A stretch of DNA of 24,714 nt from a virus (IMGVR_UViG_3300043748_000025:1-24714), one strand, 5' to 3'; shown: positions 1 to 6,044, counted from the stretch's first letter. The notes: generated from the letters alone by a model not told the origin. Program-made: numbers and translations.

Positions 1-66
1 GTGGTCGGGAAGATTCCCGCCTGTGCTCGCTGTGCGGAACTCTACGAGAAGTTCAGCAAGCGATAG
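1..66 (+). CDS. 3' end of a small hypothetical protein with a CxxC motif (partial)
   Basis: Frame 1 reads VVGKIPACARCAELYEKFSKR* with TAG at 64-66, directly followed by a terminator. Confidence 0.6.
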   Translation: MVGKIPACARCAELYEKFSKR

Positions 67-72
67 GCAGAA

Positions 73-104
73 AAGAACGGGGCCCCTCCGGGGGCCCTTT
101 TCTT
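73..104 (+). terminator. Intrinsic terminator, possibly bidirectional
   Basis: GGGCCCC-TCCG-GGGGCCC stem-loop (80-97) followed by TTTTCTT, with an A-rich run upstream. Confidence 0.85.
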
Positions 105-245
105 GTGCCTGCATTCCATTATTTAGACTAACTAAAAGTTGAAGGGTACAGCTTTGGCAAAGTTACCCGCGTAGATTTGGGAATGATGTGCACCACACTT
201 ATGTTGGTAAAACGTGTAAATGTCCGAATACCAACGTCTGTGACC

Positions 246-653
246 ATGGTTTCCATAGTTCCCACCCCCACAGTTGACCTATTCCTGTTTGTCCCAGGGC
301 CCTTCGGAGGGGCAGCATCCTGGGCGTGGGTCGAGCATCCTGACTGGCCCGGTGTGCTAGCCACGGACTACGTGTACAACGCCCATGAGGCTTCGTCCGT
401 GGTCCGCATGTACGCAACCGTGATGTCCCGCATCCTGCGGACCCGTGACGCTGAGCGCTTCAACGTGCTGGCACGTGGCCGGACCACGGGGCTCATCGTC
501 GCCCAGGACGAATGGCACTGGGACGGGGGAAGGCACATCTTCCGCCCATCAGCCGAAACGCCATGGAACCAGTGGAAACAGGTAGCCCGGCGCTATTACG
601 AGATCACGGGCACGCGTATCGAGAAGCGCAGGTTCCGCCCTAGGCTCGAATAG
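246..653 (+). CDS. Hypothetical protein (~135 aa)
   Basis: ORF 177..653. ATG 246 is preferred because the upstream part is AT-rich and looks intergenic. Its stop overlaps the next start. No family recognised. Confidence 0.6.
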   Translation: MVSIVPTPTVDLFLFVPGPFGGAASWAWVEHPDWPGVLATDYVYNAHEASSVVRMYATVMSRILRTRDAERFNVLARGRTTGLIVAQDEWHWDGGRHIFRPSAETPWNQWKQVARRYYEITGTRIEKRRFRPRLE

Positions 654-910
654 TGCGGATCACATGGGCAATTGAAGGCAGGGGCGCGGGCTCAGCGGAC
701 GTCGCCACGGTGGAAGAGGCTGCAACGGCCCTCAGCCGGGCTGTGACGGCCGTTCACGAGCGGACTGACCCAACCACCCTCGCGACCATCCTTGAACGCG
801 TTGTAGCGCCACTGAGGGCTTCTCTCGTGACCGACGGGCGGCAGGCTGTCGAACGGGGTGACGAGTGGTCAGCGAGCAGGGGCGGAATTCTGGTCCAGCT
901 CTCACGCTGA
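653..910 (+). CDS. Hypothetical protein (85 aa)
   Basis: GTG start overlaps the previous TAG by 1 nt; high-GC coding pattern. Confidence 0.6.
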   Translation: MRITWAIEGRGAGSADVATVEEAATALSRAVTAVHERTDPTTLATILERVVAPLRASLVTDGRQAVERGDEWSASRGGILVQLSR

Positions 911-936
911 TCTCCGCCGTTCTCTACTCTGACGAC

Positions 937-1581
937 ATGACATTGACAGGAGAGGTGAAACCCGCCCTGCGGGTTGAAGGACCTATGAGGCAAGAACGAT
1001 GGGGAAGCGTCGGGTTCAGGCTCGATGACAGGACATCCCCAAGGCAGTGCAGGGAAGTTGCCCGCAAGATGCTGACGACGTTTCAGCTCACGTGGGTGCC
1101 CGGTTTGGTGGACGACGTGATGACGATCGTCAGCGAGCTAGTGACGAACGCGTGCCTGTACGGCGGAGACTCATTTCCGGCGGGCTCACTGACCATGTGG
1201 CACCCGAACACGCGCCTGATCATCTGCGTGCACGACAAGAACCCGGAGCAGCCCACCAGGGCCCTCCGCCGGGCGTACACAGCGCTGCGCGAGCAGGACG
1301 ATCTTCGGCACGCTGCCTATGTCGCTGGGCGCCCTTTCGAAGAGGTCAGCGCGTGGTCACATGACTTCGACATGGAGACGAGCGGCAGGGGAATTCGGAT
1401 GATCACCAGGCTTGCCCGCAACCACCTGGGCGAACTGGATTACGCCACGGACGGGGACGCGAGCCACCCCGGCAAAGTCGCGCGGGTCAACCTGCTGTTG
1501 CCTAACGTCATGTGGCGGAACCGGTTCACCGACCCGTGGACCGGGCACAGCAAGGGTCCGGCCCGGCAGAGCAGGGCATAG
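937..1581 (+). CDS. ATP-binding protein, HATPase_c / RsbW-like anti-sigma-factor kinase fold
   Basis: N-box IVSELVTNACLYG, VHD strand, G-box ETSGRGIRMI and terminal GKVARV. The start is uncertain: ATG 937 (TACTCT 6 nt upstream, possibly leaderless) or ATG 986. Confidence 0.8.
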   Translation: MTLTGEVKPALRVEGPMRQERWGSVGFRLDDRTSPRQCREVARKMLTTFQLTWVPGLVDDVMTIVSELVTNACLYGGDSFPAGSLTMWHPNTRLIICVHDKNPEQPTRALRRAYTALREQDDLRHAAYVAGRPFEEVSAWSHDFDMETSGRGIRMITRLARNHLGELDYATDGDASHPGKVARVNLLLPNVMWRNRFTDPWTGHSKGPARQSRA

Positions 1582-1584
1582 CAA

Positions 1585-1615
1585 GAGCCCCGGACAGGGA
1601 TGGTGTCCGGGGCTC
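1585..1615 (+). terminator. Stem-loop after the HATPase gene (Streptomyces-type terminator without U-tail)
   Basis: Perfect 12-bp inverted repeat GAGCCCCGGACA / TGTCCGGGGCTC with a 7-nt loop, 3 nt after the stop codon. Confidence 0.7.
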
Positions 1616-1774
1616 CGCCACAGCCCACTTTAGAGCTTCACAGCCCCGTTCGGACGCTGATCCGGGCGGGGCTCGCTGTTGTCCGGAACAAGGTGTGACC
1701 AGCCGGGTAGGGCTGCACGCTGTGCCGACACGGACCCATGGGGAGTGCACAACGCTCCCAGGGCGGTTGGCCAC

Positions 1775-1803
1775 TTGATATACCGGCCCTGACCTGCGAC
1801 AAT
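1775..1803 (+). promoter_or_regulatory. Putative sigma70/HrdB-type promoter giving a leaderless integrase mRNA
   Basis: TTGATA (1775-1780), 17-nt spacer, GACAAT (1798-1803). The ATG is 8 nt later and has no Shine-Dalgarno. Confidence 0.5.
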
Positions 1804-1811
1804 CCGGCCCC

Positions 1812-3464
1812 ATGGAGACACCACACGGAAGCGAGCCTGACCCGCGCACCCTGATCGATCTCTTCTGCCGGAAGTCGCAGGCAGTCAAGAGCAAGGGTGG
1901 GAAGCGCGAAGTCAGCATCAAGGCCCAGGAAGCTAGGGGCAGGCGAGTAGCCGAAGAGCTTGGGCTGACAGTCCGTCACGTATGGCGGGAAGTCGGCAGC
2001 GCGAGCCGCTTCAGCAGGCGTAAGGCACGTACCGAGCAGGATAAAGCCCTTCGCGCTGTCGAGAATGCGGAAGTGGGAGCGCTCTGGCTCTTCCGGGTTG
2101 ACCGGTGGGACCGTAGGGGCGCTGGCTCGATCTTGAAAATCATTGAGCCCGATGACGGTATTCCGCGCCGGTTGCTCATCGACAATGGCGACCCTGATAA
2201 CCCGGGTATTTCGCTCGACAGCACCAATCCGCGTGACCGGAAAGAACTGATCAACCGGGCGGAGCAGGCGCGAGAAGAAACCGAAATTCTCAGTGAGCGT
2301 GTGCGGAATACGAAGGACACCCAGCGCGCGAACGGCGAATGGATAAACGGCACAGCGCCATACGGGCTGAAGATCGTCATCGTTGAAATCGAAGACGACG
2401 AAGGCGACATTATCGAAGAGCGCAAGCTAGCCCAGGACGATGCGCTAGCCGGAGATCCTGAGAACCCGGAGCGCACGAAGGCTGAAGTGGCGTTCGAGCT
2501 GATTTACACGCTGCCGCTCGAAGGCCATTCCTCGCGCGCTATCCCGATTCTGGCCAATGCCCGTGGTATCCCGTCGCCCACCGGGGGACAGTGGGCATCC
2601 GCCACAGTGCGGGACATGATCCATAACCCCGTGTACGCCGGTTGGCAGACCACCGGGCGGCAGAACAACGCGAGCCGGAGACTGCTCTACCGGAACCACA
2701 TCGGGGACCGTGTGAGCGTCATGGCGCCGGGCGAAGAGCCACTGATGACCGACGAGCAGCAGAAAGCCGCTGAAGCCGCTCTGAGGGGCGAGAGCGGGCT
2801 AGGGGTGCCGAAGGACGGCAGCACGCATGACACGCGCCCCAAGCACCTTCTGACGGGCTTGAACAAGTGCCGTGGCTGCAACGGCGGAGCCATGAGCTAC
2901 AGCGGACTGGGTTACACCTGCTGGAAAAAGGGGGCAGGCAAGACCTGTCCGGCGCCTGCGTACTGTGCCAAGAAGAGTGCAGAGAGTTACGTGTTCATGG
3001 CGTGGTCCGCCCGGCTGACCAATGCGGAAGACGATGATCCGCTTCTCGCTGAGGTAGCCCGGCGCTGGGCAGGCGTGGTCAACCCGAAGGCCACGGAGGA
3101 CGAGAAGGCAGCGCGGGAAGCGCTCACGCTGGCAGAGTCCGCCCTACAGCGGGTGTGGACCGACCGACGAGCAGGAAGGTATGACGGTCCGTCAGAAGCT
3201 TACTTTGACGGTGACCTGCGGGACGCCACGGAAGCTGTGTCGGCAGCGCGTAGGGCCCTGCTCGAAGCACGGGGAAGCACGGCGGTAGATATCTCGTTCC
3301 TACTGGACATGCAGAGCTTGACTGAGGCATGGGAAGACGCGAGCGACTCGCACAAGCGAGAGCTGTTGGCGCTGGCCATTGACGAGATCTGGGTAACGAA
3401 AGCAGCCAAGAAGGGAATCCCCTTCGATGGTGACGACCGAATGGAAATCAGGTGGGCAGCGTGA
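1812..3464 (+). CDS. int: Large serine integrase (resolvase, recombinase, zinc ribbon and coiled-coil domains)
   Basis: Catalytic motif FCRKS, FRVDRWDR, ILSERVR, G-W-NGTAPYG, NPVYAG, zinc ribbon LLTGLNKCRGC...C...C and a C-terminal coiled coil; 550 aa. Confidence 0.93.
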   Translation: METPHGSEPDPRTLIDLFCRKSQAVKSKGGKREVSIKAQEARGRRVAEELGLTVRHVWREVGSASRFSRRKARTEQDKALRAVENAEVGALWLFRVDRWDRRGAGSILKIIEPDDGIPRRLLIDNGDPDNPGISLDSTNPRDRKELINRAEQAREETEILSERVRNTKDTQRANGEWINGTAPYGLKIVIVEIEDDEGDIIEERKLAQDDALAGDPENPERTKAEVAFELIYTLPLEGHSSRAIPILANARGIPSPTGGQWASATVRDMIHNPVYAGWQTTGRQNNASRRLLYRNHIGDRVSVMAPGEEPLMTDEQQKAAEAALRGESGLGVPKDGSTHDTRPKHLLTGLNKCRGCNGGAMSYSGLGYTCWKKGAGKTCPAPAYCAKKSAESYVFMAWSARLTNAEDDDPLLAEVARRWAGVVNPKATEDEKAAREALTLAESALQRVWTDRRAGRYDGPSEAYFDGDLRDATEAVSAARRALLEARGSTAVDISFLLDMQSLTEAWEDASDSHKRELLALAIDEIWVTKAAKKGIPFDGDDRMEIRWAA

Positions 3465-3745
3465 GGCGATGCAACGCGTGTGGCGTCGAGAAAGCACTAG
3501 AAGAGTTCCCCTTGCGGAAGGGGGCAGCGCTGGGCCATGACTACCAGTGCAAGGAATGTCAGGCAGACGCAGCACGGGCCAATCGCGCCGGGGTCAAGGA
3601 AGGCGCCTGTGCGGTCTGTGGTGACTCGATCGAGGGGCGGGGAATCTGCTCCGCCTGCCGGGCTGCCGTGACGGTCCTGGGCGGGCTGGACGGGCTGAAG
3701 CGAGCCGTACGCGCTGTCCGGTACCTAGATGGGGAGAGTGAGTAA
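3461..3745 (+). CDS. Small zinc-binding protein, degenerate endonuclease VII-like (94 aa)
   Basis: GTGA overlap with the integrase stop. Four CxxC motifs (CNAC, CKEC, CAVC, CSAC) and an EndoVII-like C-terminus RGICxxC...LKRAVRAVRYL. Confidence 0.7.
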   Translation: MRRCNACGVEKALEEFPLRKGAALGHDYQCKECQADAARANRAGVKEGACAVCGDSIEGRGICSACRAAVTVLGGLDGLKRAVRAVRYLDGESE

Positions 3746-3763
3746 CACCACACGGGCGGTAAC

Positions 3764-3797
3764 AGGGTGGTCACGGGCTTCGTGCTCGGGCCACCCT
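3764..3797 (+). terminator. Stem-loop downstream of the int operon, possible terminator
   Basis: AGGGTGGTC / GGCCACCCT outer stem plus CGGGC / GCTCG inner stem. Confidence 0.45.
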
Positions 3798-3819
3798 TCG
3801 TCATTCCAGCGGGTGAGCC

Positions 3820-4009
3820 GTGTAGCTTTCCTACACTCCGACCACTGACCACCCCTCAGAAAACCCACTCTGACCAGCAAGAATGTAGGAGTGTAGTTTT
3901 ACCCCCCAGACTCACATCACAGCCTATGTATGTTGTTTGGAACGGCGGAATTGAGCCCGCTTCTACACTTCTACATTCGGGCGTTCGAACCGCTCTCTTA
4001 TAGGTGTAG
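3820..4009. repeat. RTGTAG hexamer array with a 16-bp inverted repeat (candidate replication origin or protein-binding array)
   Basis: RTGTAG/CTACAY at 3820, 3831, 3883, 3891, 3963, 3971 and 4004. GAATGTAGGAGTGTAG (3881-3896) matches the complement of CTACACTTCTACATTC (3963-3978) at 15/16. Confidence 0.65.
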
Positions 4010-4125
4010 GGCGGTTGATCCCGCGCATCTGAGATCACCCTTTCGGCGGACTGTGGTCCCGCCCTGCCAAGCGCCCCGGTCGACTCCCATGCCCTCTCTC
4101 CCATGGTGTGAGTCCCGGGGTTTTT
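4006..4125 (+). ncRNA. Two tandem long hairpins preceding tRNA-Asn
   Basis: Hairpin 1: GTAGGGCGG/CCGCCCTGC, GATC/GGTC, CCGC/GCGG (4006-4067). Hairpin 2: CCCCGG/CCGGGG, GACTC/GAGTC, CCATG/CATGG with loop CCCTCTCTCC (4074-4120), followed by TTTTT. Confidence 0.5.
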
Positions 4126-4197
4126 GGCTTGTAGCTCAACCGGCAGAGCACCGGATTGTTAATCCGGGTGTTGGTGGTTCGAGTCCACCCAAGCCAG
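4125..4197 (+). tRNA. tRNA-Asn (GTT)
   Basis: Acceptor TGGCTTG/CAAGCCA, D stem GCTC/GAGC, anticodon arm CCGGA-TTGTTAA-TCCGG, T arm GGTGG-TTCGAGT-CCACC, discriminator G. CCA is not encoded. Confidence 0.93.
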
Positions 4198-4200
4198 CAA

Positions 4201-4307
4201 AGGGCGCAGAAAATAGGTCCCTGACCGGACCGACGATATGCACCCAGGGTGAAACCGGCGCAACCCTGCCCAGCTAGTCACTGGGAAAGTGCGCGGCGAG
4301 TAGCCCT
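4201..4307 (+). ncRNA. Unassigned multi-stem structured RNA between tRNAs
   Basis: Five nested helices: AGGGC/GCCCT, GGTCC/GGACC, TGCAC/GTGCG, CAGGGT/ACCCTG, CCCAG/CTGGG, joined by purine-rich linkers. Confidence 0.55.
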
Positions 4308-4312
4308 GAATC

Positions 4313-4387
4313 TTCCCGCTGGTGTAACAAGCATTCCGCCCCTTTGATCGGCGGAGGTGCCGGTAACCAATCCGGCGCGGGTCGCCA
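4313..4387 (+). ncRNA. Degenerate tRNA-like cloverleaf (Gln-TTG-like) with encoded CCA
   Basis: CCCGC/GCGGG acceptor with the top two pairs mismatched, TGGTGTAA D-arm start, CCGCC-CCTTTGATC-GGCGG anticodon arm, GCCGG-TAACCAAT-CCGGC T arm, ends GCCA. Confidence 0.7.
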
Positions 4388-4388
4388 A

Positions 4389-4474
4389 CCGCTGTTGGTG
4401 GAATGGTAGACACTCTGCGCTTAGAACGCAGCGCTCACTAGGGCATGGGGGTTCGACTCCCTCACAGCGGACCA
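4389..4474 (+). tRNA. tRNA-Leu (TAG)
   Basis: Acceptor CCGCTGT/ACAGCGG, D loop GGAATGGTAGAC, anticodon arm CTGCG-CTTAGAA-CGCAG, long variable arm, TTCGACT T loop, discriminator A and CCA. Confidence 0.93.
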
Positions 4475-4494
4475 CCTACAGATCTCCGTATGTC
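4473..4494. promoter_or_regulatory. Conserved 22-bp inverted repeat, copy 1
   Basis: CACCTACAGATCTCCGTATGTC, overlapping the tRNA-Leu CCA end. Confidence 0.7.
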
Positions 4495-4507
4495 CCCGGG
4501 AGGGATC

Positions 4508-4996
4508 ATGAACCCCAAACCCGGTGACATCGGGCTGTGTCGAATAAGCGGGCTTACCGGCGTGGCCGTATCCGCTGGACAGCGTCTGATCGGCTCTGGA
4601 AGCTACTTCACGCACGCGTTCATCTATATGGGCGCCGGAGAAGTGATTCAGGCTCAGCCGGGCGGAGCGAAGCGGGTCCTGCTCGCTGAGGCTCTGGACG
4701 GGCGTAAGCGGGTCGCCTTCTCTGACTTCGACCTGAACCCTGCCCAGCGAAGCGCCATCTGTGCTGCTGCTGAGCGGTTCATTGGTACGCCGTACAGCTT
4801 CCTGGATTACCTCGCTATCGCTGAGGCCCGTATAGCGCGCATAGATTCTCTAGAGGAATTTGTGGGCGAGACTGGCCACATGATTTGCAGTCAGCTAGTA
4901 GACGAGTGCTACCGGCAGGCAGGCATAGAGCTATTCCCTGGGCGCATCCCTGGTGATGTAGCACCGGGTGATCTAGCCAAGCTGATAGGGGTATGA
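4508..4996 (+). CDS. Permuted papain-like NlpC/P60 hydrolase (YaeF/YiiX-like)
   Basis: PGDI motif, N-terminal catalytic His (FTHAFIY), GTPYSF and C-terminal catalytic Cys (ICSQLV...Y...G). RBS GGGAGG precedes ATG 4508. Confidence 0.82.
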   Translation: MNPKPGDIGLCRISGLTGVAVSAGQRLIGSGSYFTHAFIYMGAGEVIQAQPGGAKRVLLAEALDGRKRVAFSDFDLNPAQRSAICAAAERFIGTPYSFLDYLAIAEARIARIDSLEEFVGETGHMICSQLVDECYRQAGIELFPGRIPGDVAPGDLAKLIGV

Positions 4997-5335
4997 GTGG
5001 CCCGGCGTCCCTGCCTGCGCTGCAAGAGATTGACCACCAATCCATCCCGCTGTGATGTGTGCTCTGCTGAGTACCAAGCCCAGCGGGACAGGCAGCGTGG
5101 CAGTGCTAGCCAGCGTGGCTATACCAGTAGGTACAGAGCAGTAGCTAGGCAGGTACTAGCAGAGCACCGTACCAGCCATGGTGAGCACTGCCCGGGGTGG
5201 GGAGTTTCCGCCCACCATGCGGAGGAACTCACCGTTGACCACATCATTCCCCTTGCTGCTGGTGGAACTCACGCCCGTAGCAATCTTCGTGTTCTATGCC
5301 GTGGCTGCAATAGCCGTAAGCGTGACAGAGCGTAG
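4997..5335 (+). CDS. HNH endonuclease (HK97 gp74-like terminase cofactor)
   Basis: TVDHIIPLAAGG...NLRVLCRGCNSRK motif with an N-terminal zinc finger; lies directly upstream of the terminase genes. Confidence 0.92.
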   Translation: MARRPCLRCKRLTTNPSRCDVCSAEYQAQRDRQRGSASQRGYTSRYRAVARQVLAEHRTSHGEHCPGWGVSAHHAEELTVDHIIPLAAGGTHARSNLRVLCRGCNSRKRDRA

Positions 5336-5339
5336 GCAC

Positions 5340-5530
5340 TAGGGACTGCATATCCATGCATAGCCCTGCCTCCGATCTTGCATATGTATGCGAGTACGGG
5401 GGGGTGGGTCAAAGTCTGGGACAAAATCAGCCGGGGACCCGGCCCCCATGGCTGGGCGCATCGCTGCGAAATTCCAACCCGGGGGGTCTGGCCCAGAAAC
5501 GCCCCAGAACCGCATAATCATGCAGAATCA
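5340..5530. other. Probable cos (packaging) region
   Basis: Non-coding gap between HNH and terS containing GGGGGGTGGGTCAAAG, GCCGGGGACCCGGCCCCCATGG and GCGAAATT, flanked by three GCAT-N4-ATGC palindromes. Confidence 0.65.
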
Positions 5531-5542
5531 GGGGGCGAAGCC

Positions 5543-6010
5543 ATGGCGGTTGGTCGCCCACCGGTTCCTACGGAGCGTAAGCGAAAACTGGGAAATCCGG
5601 GCGCGCGCCCTTTGCCTGATCCGGGCACTGTGCATGACGCTGTCCCGCTCCCTGACGCCGTGCCGGTCCATCTGGGTCCCGCTGGTGCACAGCTTTACTC
5701 ACGGATCGTGACCGGGGCCGCATGGCTCGCTGACACCGATCGGCCAACGCTGGAACTTCTCTGCGAGAAGGTTGACCGGCGCGAGCAGATGAAGGCTCAG
5801 CTAGAGCAATCAGACCTTGTGCTGTTCACGGACAAGGCGTACGCGTACCCCAACCCGCTGGTCGGAATGCTCAGCACCATCGAGACAGAGATAGCGAAGC
5901 TGTTTGGTGCGCTGGGTCTCACTCCGACCGACCGAACCCGAATGGGTCTCGCTGAGGTGAAGGCGCGGAACGCGTTCGAAGACTTCCTGTCCAAGAAGGC
6001 AGGCACGTAG
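5543..6010 (+). CDS. terS: Terminase small subunit (P27-like)
   Basis: GRPPVPTERKRKLGNPG start, YPNPLV and LGLTPTDRTRM motifs. ATG 5543 follows GGGGG. Confidence 0.9.
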   Translation: MAVGRPPVPTERKRKLGNPGARPLPDPGTVHDAVPLPDAVPVHLGPAGAQLYSRIVTGAAWLADTDRPTLELLCEKVDRREQMKAQLEQSDLVLFTDKAYAYPNPLVGMLSTIETEIAKLFGALGLTPTDRTRMGLAEVKARNAFEDFLSKKAGT

Positions 6011-6032
6011 CACATACAGAAATCCGTAGGTG
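6011..6032. promoter_or_regulatory. Conserved 22-bp inverted repeat, copy 2 (opposite orientation)
   Basis: CACATACAGAAATCCGTAGGTG; reverse complement CACCTACGGATTTCTGTATGTG. Starts immediately after the terS stop. Confidence 0.75.
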
Positions 6033-6044
6033 AGGGGGAGTGGA

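Noticed and set aside
4220-4256. CTGA...GAAA resembling a hammerhead ribozyme core
   Set aside because: The CUGANGA consensus is not met (CTGACCGG), and no proper stem II or III with an NUH site can be built.
4198-4260. tRNA-associated theta (HDV-like) ribozyme after tRNA-Asn
   Set aside because: I could not build the nested double-pseudoknot P1/P2/P3/P1.1 topology; the 5' segment pairs with the far 3' end instead.
4440-4474. tRNA 3' end as an integration (att) core
   Set aside because: The integrase is a large serine recombinase, no duplicated tRNA fragment is visible, and phage genes continue on both sides.
3767-4475. Short ORFs across the repeat and RNA region (3767-4003, 3930-4277, 3856-4104, 4159-4413, 4278-4475)
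   Set aside because: They overlap clear tRNAs and structured elements, lack ribosome-binding sites and do not look protein-like.
5378-5542. N-terminal extension of the terminase small subunit in the ORF track
   Set aside because: It runs through the probable cos region, and family-like sequence starts at ATG 5543. The track's extensions of portal (7623), the NlpC/P60 gene (4445) and the chaperone (13947) were trimmed for similar reasons.
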